DNA of 64,000 nucleotides. Origin: Verrucomicrobiota bacterium. GTDB taxonomy: Bacteria > Verrucomicrobiota > Verrucomicrobiia > Opitutales > Cerasicoccaceae. The notes beneath the pieces are model-generated. The model saw only the letters and a list, made by a program, of their open reading frames with translations, had not been told where the DNA came from and searched no databases. The translations under genes and the position numbers were made by a program. This document shows positions 9,359 through 18,195 of this stretch, in pieces. Within the stretch, counting starts at the first letter, position 1; every line of letters starts with the position of its first letter. The stretch is taken from assembly GCA_039818205.1 (NCBI GenBank), contig JBCBUK010000007.1, positions 128,001-192,000 of the forward strand. The letters are read 5' to 3'.

Positions 9359-10456
9359 TCAGGCCAAGCCGCCATCAGGCATAGCCGGTGGGATATCGCA
9401 GCTCGATTGAATTTCGACGGTTGAACCCGTGCGCTCAGACTCCTCGAAGGCCAGCATCACCTCAAGGGTGTGATAGGCCAATTGTCCGCCGCAGCGAGGC
9501 TCGCGGTTTTCCCGAACTGCGTGAACCAAATCGACCAGACCCAAGCCACGCCCGTGAGCGTAATCAAAAGCAAGCGGCTGCTCGATCGGATCTTCTGAAC
9601 CTGCCCAAACGGTATTGAGCTTGGGTTGCCCGTCGAAATTATTGGGATCGGTGCCGGTCAGGCAGCCTTGGGTGCCATAGATCTCGGGAAGGAACGACCC
9701 GCTGAAACCGAAGGGATGGTCGAAAGAAAACTGGACGCTGACAATCACGCCGCTCTCTGTTTCCAGTGAGCCGACGTAAAAAGTGGGCGTTTCAACCTCA
9801 ATCGTTTCCCCCTCGCGCTCCCCGCATCGAAACGGACGCTCTTTGAAACTGGTGATTGCGCGCCCCTGGACGCTCTTGACCGGGCCCAGAAGCTGAACCA
9901 AGAACGATAGATAGTAAGGGCCCATGTCCAGGAGTGGTCCGCCACCCTTTTTGTAGTAGAACTCTGGGTTCGGATGCCAGTGCTCATGGCCCGCACCAGT
10001 CAATTGAAGCTTAGCTGACAGCACCTCGCCGATTACCCCGTCGGCCACGAGCTTGCGGCAGGTCTGAGTGCCTGGCCCAAGCACGGTATCGGGTGCGCAA
10101 CTGGTCTTCAAACCGCGTCGCTCAGCTTCCTCAAGCACCGCCTTGCCTTCTTCCAAAGTCACCGCAAACGGTTTCTCGCAATGGACATGCTTACCGGCCT
10201 GGAGTGCGGCTAAGTTAAGCGGACCGTGCCCGGCGGGGTGAGTCAGGTTCAAAATGATGTCGATCTCGTCATCCGCCAAGAGCTGGTCGACGTCATCGTA
10301 GGCTTTGGGGATCGAAAAATCCTCCGCCATCTGCCGGGCGAACTCACCGCGCACATCACAACAGGCAACGATCTCGTAGGCCGATTGCTCGTTCTGGGAA
10401 AATGGAATATAGGCCTTGCGGGCGATGTCACCACAGCCAATGAGGCCAACTTTCAT
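9359..10456 (-). CDS. Gfo/Idh/MocA family oxidoreductase
   Basis: KVGLIGCGDIA, GKHVHCEKP, GGGPLLDMGPY. Alternative start at 10474. Confidence 0.92.
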   Translation of the reverse strand: MKVGLIGCGDIARKAYIPFSQNEQSAYEIVACCDVRGEFARQMAEDFSIPKAYDDVDQLLADDEIDIILNLTHPAGHGPLNLAALQAGKHVHCEKPFAVTLEEGKAVLEEAERRGLKTSCAPDTVLGPGTQTCRKLVADGVIGEVLSAKLQLTGAGHEHWHPNPEFYYKKGGGPLLDMGPYYLSFLVQLLGPVKSVQGRAITSFKERPFRCGEREGETIEVETPTFYVGSLETESGVIVSVQFSFDHPFGFSGSFLPEIYGTQGCLTGTDPNNFDGQPKLNTVWAGSEDPIEQPLAFDYAHGRGLGLVDLVHAVRENREPRCGGQLAYHTLEVMLAFEESERTGSTVEIQSSCDIPPAMPDGGLA

Positions 10457-10466
10457 CGGGGAATGC

Positions 10467-11117
10467 TCAGTCATGGTATCGGTCAACAGACCGACCCATT
10501 TTTCGCCGAATGACAACCCAGAAAAACATCGCTCCCCCGACGATCGCTGCCCAAGTGCCCGGCTCGGGAACGGTTACAAAAGTCGTGGTCATCGTGAACG
10601 AATAGACATAATTTGCCTCTAAATCCAAATCCAAGAGTTCGAATCGAGAGTGATTCCGAGCCTTCTCAGATAACGGTCCAATCTCAATGCTTTCGAATGA
10701 CACGAACACGTCCACAATATCTGCTTCTAGAAATTGGTTAAAGTCGTGCCCTGGCAACGGTAGGTACTTTCCCGAAGAAGAGATACCTTTCGCAAAATCT
10801 CCTTCTGGAAATAATCTGAATATCCAAAAAATTTCCTGGATCGAGCTCGATTGCAGATCACCAACAAACAAGTCAAAACTATCATCTTTTTCGTCTACAA
10901 GAATTGAGTGCTGTCCTTTAGCAAACGTATAATCTCCCAGGTCCAAACTGCCTCCACCCGATCTAAGCTCTAAAGAATACACGGTTTCGACCGGATGCGG
11001 AATCAAGATCGGAAAGCTATCTTCGAATATATGATCACTGGCCCTAAACACGATCTCCAGCGACGCACTACCCGCGACTGGACATAAAAGAAGAACTATG
11101 AACAAACCAAACCTCAT
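10467..11117 (-). CDS. PEP-CTERM sorting domain protein
   Basis: Signal peptide plus C-terminal VPEPGTWAAIVGGAMFFWVVIRRK (PEP, TM helix, basic tail). Confidence 0.85.
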   Translation of the reverse strand: MRFGLFIVLLLCPVAGSASLEIVFRASDHIFEDSFPILIPHPVETVYSLELRSGGGSLDLGDYTFAKGQHSILVDEKDDSFDLFVGDLQSSSIQEIFWIFRLFPEGDFAKGISSSGKYLPLPGHDFNQFLEADIVDVFVSFESIEIGPLSEKARNHSRFELLDLDLEANYVYSFTMTTTFVTVPEPGTWAAIVGGAMFFWVVIRRKMGRSVDRYHD

Positions 11118-11144
11118 CGGTATGGTTTGATACAGTAAATCATC

Positions 11145-11780
11145 TTAGCGACAAGCCCAGATGCAGCCTTCGATGACAAAATCCCAAACGTAGGGATGCG
11201 CATCGAATTCGGCTGGAGCATGGCCTAATGCGCAATAAAAAACTCGGCCACGCCCCCACTTCTTAGTCCAGGCAACGGGCATGTCGACCGTGAGACCATC
11301 GACATCGTAATCGGTTGCGACCAAAACGTTGAGCGCCGGATCGACGTGGAGGTAGTATTGCTCGGAGTCGTAGACGAAACGCTCTGGGAGCATCCGGGTC
11401 AGCGGGTGATCGGGTTGTTCAACCCGCACCGTATAAGGCCCCACGTAAGGGTGGCCAACAAACTGCCCGCCGACCATGTAGTTGTAATCGACCTTGCCGC
11501 GGAAAGCGTCGCCCATGCCCCCGTGAACGCCACCGAGTCCAACGCCCGAGGCAACGGCTTCGCAAATTGCTTTCTCCTGCGACTCCGAGAGGTCTCCCAT
11601 CGTCCAATTCGGCACGATGAGATCGAACGCCGGCAGATCGAGCTCATCAATTGCCTCGAGCTTATCCGCAATGGTGACCTCAAAGTCTTTGGTCGGTAGG
11701 GAGGCTTGGTAGCGTTGAGTAATTTCTTCCGGGAAGTGGCCTTCCCAGCCACCTTGAATGATGAGTGCTTTCTTGGGCAT
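11145..11780 (-). CDS. ThuA-like domain protein
   Basis: ALIIQGGWEGHFP, GGQFVGHP, SEQYY, PVAWTKKWGRGRVFYCALGH. Confidence 0.88.
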   Translation of the reverse strand: MPKKALIIQGGWEGHFPEEITQRYQASLPTKDFEVTIADKLEAIDELDLPAFDLIVPNWTMGDLSESQEKAICEAVASGVGLGGVHGGMGDAFRGKVDYNYMVGGQFVGHPYVGPYTVRVEQPDHPLTRMLPERFVYDSEQYYLHVDPALNVLVATDYDVDGLTVDMPVAWTKKWGRGRVFYCALGHAPAEFDAHPYVWDFVIEGCIWACR

Positions 11781-11825
11781 GTGGAGAAACGATAGAAATG
11801 AATCTTATGAAGGTTAGTAGAAAAT

Positions 11826-12749
11826 TTATGCCGCAATTGATCGGCGAAACTCAGTGGGCGTCAGGCCCGAGATTCGTTTGAAGGATCGATTAAATTGGGA
11901 AATGGATTCGAAGCCAGTTTCAAAAGCGATCTCGCTAACGCGCAAGTTTGGATTCTGGAGCAGATTCTTCGCTTTTTCCACCCGCACCCGCGCAAGGTAA
12001 TCCGTAAATGTGATGCCCGTCGCCTGCTTAAACACTTTGCAGAAATGCCGCGTACTCGCGTTTACCGCCTTCGCCGCCTCGTCGAGTGACATTGCCTCCT
12101 GGTAGCGCTCCTGAATGTATTTTTTCGCATTGGCAACGAGCATTGGGTCCGTATCACTTTCCTCGACTGCAATGCTGTTACTGATGACCGCGAGGTGCTC
12201 CGCAAAGGTCGAGAGGAGCGCGAGCATTGCCTCATATTGCTCGCGGTCGAACACCCGCGTTTGAAAGTAGGCTTCTTCCAACTGCTTCAGGTTGACCTCA
12301 GAACCCCATTTCAAGATCTGCCGGGTCGCTCGCGAAAACTCTTCTTGATTCGGCTGATGCAGCAAGATCTGGCCCGTCTGCAGAAAGGCGATCAATTCAT
12401 TTCCCACCCGAATTGGCACGGCCGTATCGCACAGCCCGGCAAAGCAATGCAGGCTATCGGCTTCTAGCTGCGCGGTTTCTTCCAGACGTTTCTGCATCTG
12501 CCGGCAATTCGCGCAGCCCACATTGGTCTTAGCCATGATGGCACAAAAGGGATTCTCACCCTTCACACCCTGCAGGGCATTGTCAAAGGAGCGAATCGGG
12601 CGAATCGCCAGGGGCAAACCCGTCGCCTTAAAGAATGCCTCCTGATAATCCTGAAACAGCTTTCCGCTCTCCAACCGGTCAACCGTGTTTGAGGCACGCA
12701 ACACCGCCTTGGGATCAGTATCGACGGTAGCTGGCTCGGTCTCGGTCAT
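11826..12749 (-). CDS. AraC family regulator with N-terminal PocR sensory domain
   Basis: PocR-like segment (FFKATGL...NPFC...C..C...CFAGLCDTAVPI...LQTGQ) and AraC double HTH (SLDEAAKAV...VSEIAFETGFESISQFNRSFK...PTEFR). Confidence 0.9.
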   Translation of the reverse strand: MTETEPATVDTDPKAVLRASNTVDRLESGKLFQDYQEAFFKATGLPLAIRPIRSFDNALQGVKGENPFCAIMAKTNVGCANCRQMQKRLEETAQLEADSLHCFAGLCDTAVPIRVGNELIAFLQTGQILLHQPNQEEFSRATRQILKWGSEVNLKQLEEAYFQTRVFDREQYEAMLALLSTFAEHLAVISNSIAVEESDTDPMLVANAKKYIQERYQEAMSLDEAAKAVNASTRHFCKVFKQATGITFTDYLARVRVEKAKNLLQNPNLRVSEIAFETGFESISQFNRSFKRISGLTPTEFRRSIAA

Positions 12750-12771
12750 CACTTGTTGGGGCTTGCTGCGC

Positions 12772-12845
12772 AATTTGCGAAGATATGCGTAGCCTTGGTC
12801 AGGATATGCGAAGACAAGTTAGACCGGTATATGCGAGAATCAAGT
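12772..12845. promoter_or_regulatory. Direct-repeat candidate operator between the araC gene and the cco-associated operon
   Basis: GATATGCG at 12782 and 12803 (21 bp apart), TATATGCG at 12828, AATTTGCG at 12772. The 12803 and 12828 copies are each followed by CAAGT. Confidence 0.5.
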
Positions 12846-12846
12846 C

Positions 12847-13329
12847 ATGAATGAACGTCTCGTCAGCTACCTGCAGGACAATCGCGACCAGGTAATTGAA
12901 AATTGGCTTACCGAGGCCGATGTCCCGGCTCCACCCAATGCCCCAAGCTCCGAGGGATTCGTCCCCGTCTCCTACCTTGAAGTCAGCTTCGACCGGATCG
13001 TCGCCCGCATCCAATGCGGTGACAATGATCGGGCCGACAGCGAGCTGAAGCCCGCCCCACTTACCCTGAATGATATATTCAATACGACCTGTTCTTGCCA
13101 GGCCAGCCGTGTTCGTGGGCGCGTATGCATTGAACTGCACGAATCTGGTCGCCGAGCCTTTATGAGCGTGTTCAACGACGCTTGGGACGCCGACGGCGAG
13201 TTTAGCGCCCTCGACCGAAAGTACTGTGAACAGGTCATTGGCGGGGCGCTTGCGTGGAATTTTAGCAATGAAGTATTCAACTGTTCCGCGCGCCAAGAGC
13301 GAGCGGACTGCCAATTTAATCTCAAGTAA
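12847..13329 (+). CDS. Cys-rich hypothetical protein
   Basis: 160-aa ORF with 7 Cys including CSC. The N-terminus (LQDNRDQVIENW) loosely resembles RsbRD_N-type helical domains. Confidence 0.7.
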   Translation: MNERLVSYLQDNRDQVIENWLTEADVPAPPNAPSSEGFVPVSYLEVSFDRIVARIQCGDNDRADSELKPAPLTLNDIFNTTCSCQASRVRGRVCIELHESGRRAFMSVFNDAWDADGEFSALDRKYCEQVIGGALAWNFSNEVFNCSARQERADCQFNLK

Positions 13330-13346
13330 TCAGCAAAACGACGTCT

Positions 13347-13508
13347 ATGGAAATTCTTTTGCTAACCGTATTTTTGAGCCTGCTACTCGCTGGGCTTTTC
13401 TTCCTGATGTTCCTCCGGGACCGCCAGGAAGATGGCATCAGTAGCCTGGATCAAGAGTCTCTCCGTCCATTCGCCGCGGAAGAACCCGTGGAGGCCTCTC
13501 GCAAGTGA
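13347..13508 (+). CDS. ccoS: CcoS-like small membrane protein (cbb3 maturation)
   Basis: Hand translation: MEILLLTVFLSLLLAGLFFLMFLRDRQEDGISSLDQESLRPFAAEEPVEASRK (53 aa). One N-terminal TM helix; GTGA overlap with ccoN. Confidence 0.65.
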   Translation: MEILLLTVFLSLLLAGLFFLMFLRDRQEDGISSLDQESLRPFAAEEPVEASRK

Positions 13509-15859
13509 GCACCCAGACCAAACAAGTCACCATCGAATACGATGATCGTTCAGTTCGGTGGTTCATGATAGCGTCCATATTCTGGTCACTAATTGGGCTC
13601 GGAGCCGGTGTTCTCATCGCTACCCAGCTCAATAGCTGGCGCATGAACTTTGATCTGCCCTGGCTTACCTTTGGCCGCATTCGTCCGCTGCATACCAACG
13701 CCGCGATCTTTGCCTTCGTTGGCAACATGATGTTTGCGGGCATCTACTATTCGACCCAGCGGCTTTGTCGTTGCCGGCTAGCGTCGGACCTATTGACCAA
13801 AATTCACTTCTGGGGCTGGCAGGCTATCATTATCCTTGCGGCCATTTCGTTGCCACTTGGCTACAGCCGTGGCAAGGAGTACGCCGAGCTGATCTGGCCA
13901 ATCAACATTCTGGTCGCCGTGATCTGGCTCGTTTTCGCAGCGAACTTCTTCTGGACGCTGGCCAAACGGAACGAGAAGTCCCTCTATGTTGCGCTCTGGT
14001 TTTATATAGCGACGATCGTCACGGTCACGATGCTCTACGTCGTCAATCACTTGTCTCTGCCAACTAGCCTCCTCCATAGCTATCCAATCTTTGGCGGAGT
14101 GCAGGACGCCCTGGTCCAATGGTGGTATGGGCACAACGCGGTAGCCTTCTTCCTAACGACGCCGATTCTGGGCATCATGTATTACTTCGTTCCGAAGTCG
14201 GTCAATCGTCCCGTATATTCCTATCGGCTGTCCGTTATCCATTTTTGGTCGCTGGTTTTCATCTACATCTGGGCGGGTCCTCATCACCTATTGAACACCG
14301 CCCTACCCGGCTGGCTGCAAACCCTTGGCATGCTCTTTAGCTTAATGCTCTGGGCGCCCTCATGGGGCGGTATGCTCAACGGTCTGCTCACCTTGCGTGG
14401 TGCGTGGGAAAAGCTGCGGACCGATCCAGTCGTAAAGTTTTTTGCGGCAGGGGTAACCTTCTACGGTATGGCTACCTTCGAAGGCCCCCTCCTTTCCATT
14501 AAGTCAGTCAACGCGCTTTCGCATTATTCTGACTGGACCATCGGGCACGTCCACGCAGGCACGCTTGGATGGAACGGTTTTATGGCCGCGGGTATGTTCT
14601 ACTGGCTTGCTCCCAAACTTTGGAACACAAAGCTATTTTCTCAAGGAATGGCGAACCTCCACTTCTGGCTCGGGATGGTGGGGATCCTGCTCTACGTCGC
14701 AGCCATGTGGACCTCGGGCATCACCCAAGGATTGATGCTCAATGCCACAGCCGAAGACGGCACGATTCTAGCCTATCCCAATTTCGTCGAAACATTGCTC
14801 GCAATTCAGTGGCCGATGGCATTCCGCGCAATCGGAGGGGGCATGTATCTGATCGGGTTTATTCTGATGACGATCAACATCTGGAAAACCGCTAAAAGCG
14901 GATCACCAGTCAACGGAACGATTCAAGTAACGTCAGCCATGGATGAACTCGCTGGGAAGGATCGCAAGGGTTTCAAGGGGTTTGTCAATGCTCCGGTCAT
15001 CTACAGTTTCTTGATCATTGGTGCCTGCGGAGTGATGATATTTGGCGGCGATTTCGGATTCATGATCGGCACGTTTCTGACGGTGGTCTTTACCATTGCC
15101 GCGATCGTTCATTTTGAGTTCTCCGGCGCGAAATGGAGTGATTGGTACGACGAGCTACTGAAGCATGGTTTCACCTTTACGGTGCTGACCATCATTGCAG
15201 CGGCGATCGGTGGTGCGGTTCAAATTATCCCGACCGTAACGATGCAACGAGCCGAGAACATTGAGGGCCGCCTTCAAGTTCCCTACACCCCGCTAGAGCT
15301 AACTGGGCGTGACATCTACGTGAGCGAAGGTTGCTACAACTGCCACTCGCAGATGATCCGAACGATGGTACCCGATGTCCTTCGCTACGGTGACTACTCC
15401 CGCCTCGGCGAATCAATCTACGACCACCCGTTCCAATGGGGCTCAAAACGCACCGGGCCTGATCTTGCCCGCGAAGGTGGCAAACGCTCCGACGACTGGC
15501 ATTTCTACCATATGTTGAATCCACGCGACATCACTGAGGGCTCAAACATGCCCAACTATCCGTGGCTTTTCACCAACGACGCGAACACGAAAACGCTGAT
15601 GTCAAAGATCAATGCGATGCGCATGCTCGGCGTCCCCTACGACATTGGACTATCCGAGGAAGAGATCATGGCTGAATACAACGAACAGGCCAATGGGATC
15701 GTTGAAGGGCTCGCCGAAAAAGGGGCCTACACCGAGCCCCAAAAGGAGATCATCGCACTGATCGCCTACCTTCAGAAACTCGGAGCCTACCGCGACACCA
15801 ATGAGCCGGAAGACGACTCTGACGAAAGCCTTATCAAACCACTCGCCTCTAACGAATAA
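13505..15859 (+). CDS. ccoN: cbb3-type cytochrome c oxidase fused subunits I/II (CcoN-CcoO)
   Basis: RIRPLHTNA, WWYGHNAV, WAGPHHL, WTIGHVH. C-terminal CcoO part has EGCYNCHSQMIR and WGSKRTGPDL. Confidence 0.97.
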   Translation: MSTQTKQVTIEYDDRSVRWFMIASIFWSLIGLGAGVLIATQLNSWRMNFDLPWLTFGRIRPLHTNAAIFAFVGNMMFAGIYYSTQRLCRCRLASDLLTKIHFWGWQAIIILAAISLPLGYSRGKEYAELIWPINILVAVIWLVFAANFFWTLAKRNEKSLYVALWFYIATIVTVTMLYVVNHLSLPTSLLHSYPIFGGVQDALVQWWYGHNAVAFFLTTPILGIMYYFVPKSVNRPVYSYRLSVIHFWSLVFIYIWAGPHHLLNTALPGWLQTLGMLFSLMLWAPSWGGMLNGLLTLRGAWEKLRTDPVVKFFAAGVTFYGMATFEGPLLSIKSVNALSHYSDWTIGHVHAGTLGWNGFMAAGMFYWLAPKLWNTKLFSQGMANLHFWLGMVGILLYVAAMWTSGITQGLMLNATAEDGTILAYPNFVETLLAIQWPMAFRAIGGGMYLIGFILMTINIWKTAKSGSPVNGTIQVTSAMDELAGKDRKGFKGFVNAPVIYSFLIIGACGVMIFGGDFGFMIGTFLTVVFTIAAIVHFEFSGAKWSDWYDELLKHGFTFTVLTIIAAAIGGAVQIIPTVTMQRAENIEGRLQVPYTPLELTGRDIYVSEGCYNCHSQMIRTMVPDVLRYGDYSRLGESIYDHPFQWGSKRTGPDLAREGGKRSDDWHFYHMLNPRDITEGSNMPNYPWLFTNDANTKTLMSKINAMRMLGVPYDIGLSEEEIMAEYNEQANGIVEGLAEKGAYTEPQKEIIALIAYLQKLGAYRDTNEPEDDSDESLIKPLASNE

Positions 15860-15867
15860 TTGCCAAC

Positions 15868-16053
15868 ATGTTCAAACGAATCATCTACGATAACTGGACC
15901 GACATCGTTCCAATTCTTTCCTTCTGGCTCACTTTTGGGGTCTTCATCGGAATCACTATTCGTGCCCTCTTGTTCAAGAAGGACTATGTCAATCACATGG
16001 GATCGATGCCTCTCGAGGACGACCCAAACAATCACGATTCCACCCAGGCATGA
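15868..16053 (+). CDS. ccoQ: CcoQ-like small subunit
   Basis: 61 aa, single TM, ends MPLED; lies between ccoNO and ccoP. Confidence 0.75.
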   Translation: MFKRIIYDNWTDIVPILSFWLTFGVFIGITIRALLFKKDYVNHMGSMPLEDDPNNHDSTQA

Positions 16054-16625
16054 GCGACCAATTTGAAAACGAAAAGCTTCCTTCGGGAGTCGTCCTCAAG
16101 GAACACGCCTACGATGGCATCCGGGAGTATGACCAGCGTTTACCACGCTGGTGGCTGATCACCCTCTATGGTGCGATCATATTTTCTGGGTTCTACTTCC
16201 TGGTGAACCATTTCTATGCGGGTTCTTTGTCCAATGAAGAGCGCCTGACATCAGACATGCAGAAGATCGACGCTATCCGCTTAGCTAACTCCATTGATGT
16301 CACCAACAACGATCTATTCTGGGAAATGAGTGATAACCCGGCGTTCATCACCGCGGGACAGAAAGTCTACGAGTCAAACTGCGTCCCCTGTCACGGCGTC
16401 AATCTTGAAGGTGGTATTGGGTTCAGCCTCGTCGATAGCGAATGGGTACACGGAGCACAACCGTCGCAGATCTATGTCACCGTCTTCGACGGCATACCGG
16501 ACAAAGGCATGCAGGCCTGGGGCGGACTCCTCGGGCAAAAGAAAATTACGGAAGTCGTTGCCTACCTACTGAGCAAAAACGACCGTGCAACCATGGAGCA
16601 AGTACCGGCTGGCGATGCCAGCTAA
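16050..16625 (+). CDS. ccoP: cbb3 oxidase subunit III, monoheme
   Basis: N-terminal HAYDGIREYDQRLPRWW, a single CVPCH and GMQAWG. Confidence 0.92.
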   Translation: MSDQFENEKLPSGVVLKEHAYDGIREYDQRLPRWWLITLYGAIIFSGFYFLVNHFYAGSLSNEERLTSDMQKIDAIRLANSIDVTNNDLFWEMSDNPAFITAGQKVYESNCVPCHGVNLEGGIGFSLVDSEWVHGAQPSQIYVTVFDGIPDKGMQAWGGLLGQKKITEVVAYLLSKNDRATMEQVPAGDAS

Positions 16626-16634
16626 GGTCCCGCG

Positions 16635-18062
16635 ATGGCCACCACCCCAAAGGCAAAACACGAACCGATTCGGGAATCAGTCACCACGATTAACGAGGAC
16701 GGCTCGCGGTTTTTCCTGCACCCGGCGGATGTTAGCGGACGCTACACCGTGCTTCGCCGAGTAACCGCCAGTTTCCTGATACTGATCTACATCGCACTTC
16801 CTTGGATCCCCATCAATGGATACCCTGCAGTGTTCCTCGATATCGCCAATCGGCGTTTTCACTTATTTGGTCTGACCTTTGCCGCGCAAGACCTTTGGCT
16901 AGCCTTCTTCTTCATTACTGGGGTTGGATTCTCGCTCTATGTTATCTCAGCTTTGTTTGGACGAATGTGGTGCGGTTGGGCATGCCCCCAAACGGTGTTT
17001 CTGGAGCACGTGTACCGTAGAATCGAACGCCTGATCGAGGGCGATCACACCAAGCGGCGCAAGCTCGACAAGCAAACCTGGGGTGCCACCAAGGTTGTTA
17101 AACGAGTTCTCAAACACGGTATTTTCCTCGCGGTATCATTCGTGATTGCTCACATATTTCTGGCCTACTTCATTTCAATTCCTGAGCTCTACCATTGGAT
17201 GCGCTCAAGCCCGCTGGATCATTGGAGTGCATTTCTGTTCGTAACGATTGCGACTGGAATCATATACTTCAACTTCTCGTGGTTTCGCGAACAGCTGTGC
17301 CTCGTCATCTGTCCCTACGGCCGTCTCCAGTCCGCTCTGATCGACGACGATTCCATCATCATCGGTTACGACGAAAACCGCGGCGAGCCGCGCGGGCCCA
17401 CCAGCAAAACCAACATCGGCGATTGCATCAACTGCCGCCGGTGCGTTCAAGTTTGCCCAACGGGCATCGACATTCGACAAGGCTTGCAGATCGAATGTAT
17501 CGGCTGCGCCAACTGTATCGACGCCTGCGATACGATCATGGACAAAATTGGTCGGGAACGCGGTCTCGTCCGCTATGATTCACTCAATGGCCTAGCCGCC
17601 AAGAAAAAGCGGATCCTACGGCCGCGCTTGTTCCTCTATGGGTTCCTGATGGTATTGGGAGCCACCGTTATGACCCTGTCCGCAACACAGCTCACGAGCG
17701 CGGATATGACGGCGGTAAGAATGACCGGTCGTCCCTACTTCATTACCGATACCGGGCTGCGCAATCAGTATATGGTGCGCATCGTTAACAAAACAGATCA
17801 ACCGGCGTCCTTCACCGTGCGCGCTTTAGCACCTGGCCAAGCGATCGTGACCGAGGGCTTCGACCAGGCAATGGTCGTCCCGCCCATGGGCGAAGAGGTG
17901 CGTCCCGTTATCGTCAGTGTAAACCGCGAGGACTACTCTGGTAAGTTCTCCTTTAAGATCCAGCTCTTTGGTACCAGCGACGATCTCATTCTTGAGCGGG
18001 ACGCCGAGTTCGTCGGTCCTGATCCACGACTTTTCACTCATGAAGCATCCGACTCCAACTAG
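16635..18062 (+). CDS. ccoG: Cytochrome c oxidase accessory ferredoxin-like protein CcoG
   Basis: GRMWCGWACPQTVF, CLVICPYGRLQ, CINCRRCVQVCPTGIDIR, CIGCANCIDAC. Confidence 0.96.
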   Translation: MATTPKAKHEPIRESVTTINEDGSRFFLHPADVSGRYTVLRRVTASFLILIYIALPWIPINGYPAVFLDIANRRFHLFGLTFAAQDLWLAFFFITGVGFSLYVISALFGRMWCGWACPQTVFLEHVYRRIERLIEGDHTKRRKLDKQTWGATKVVKRVLKHGIFLAVSFVIAHIFLAYFISIPELYHWMRSSPLDHWSAFLFVTIATGIIYFNFSWFREQLCLVICPYGRLQSALIDDDSIIIGYDENRGEPRGPTSKTNIGDCINCRRCVQVCPTGIDIRQGLQIECIGCANCIDACDTIMDKIGRERGLVRYDSLNGLAAKKKRILRPRLFLYGFLMVLGATVMTLSATQLTSADMTAVRMTGRPYFITDTGLRNQYMVRIVNKTDQPASFTVRALAPGQAIVTEGFDQAMVVPPMGEEVRPVIVSVNREDYSGKFSFKIQLFGTSDDLILERDAEFVGPDPRLFTHEASDSN

Positions 18063-18195
18063 AAAACAATGGACCCTGTGGCTACCGGTCTTTCTGGCCT
18101 TTGTCCTCCTCATTGCCGCGTGGACGACCTTGATTAAGATCGCCGCCGACCACCCAACTGAGCGTATCCACCCCGAGACTGCTCAACGCGACTAG
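18040..18195 (+). CDS. Small single-TM protein in the ccoH position
   Basis: MKHPTPTRKQWTLWLPVFLAFVLLIAAWTTLIKIAADHP... (51 aa), between ccoG and ccoI; its stop abuts the ccoI ATG. Confidence 0.55.
   Translation: MKHPTPTRKQWTLWLPVFLAFVLLIAAWTTLIKIAADHPTERIHPETAQRD

Noticed and set aside
12750..13346. FNR/FixK box upstream of the cco genes
   Set aside because: Only an ATCAA half-site near 12839, with no matching TTGAT.
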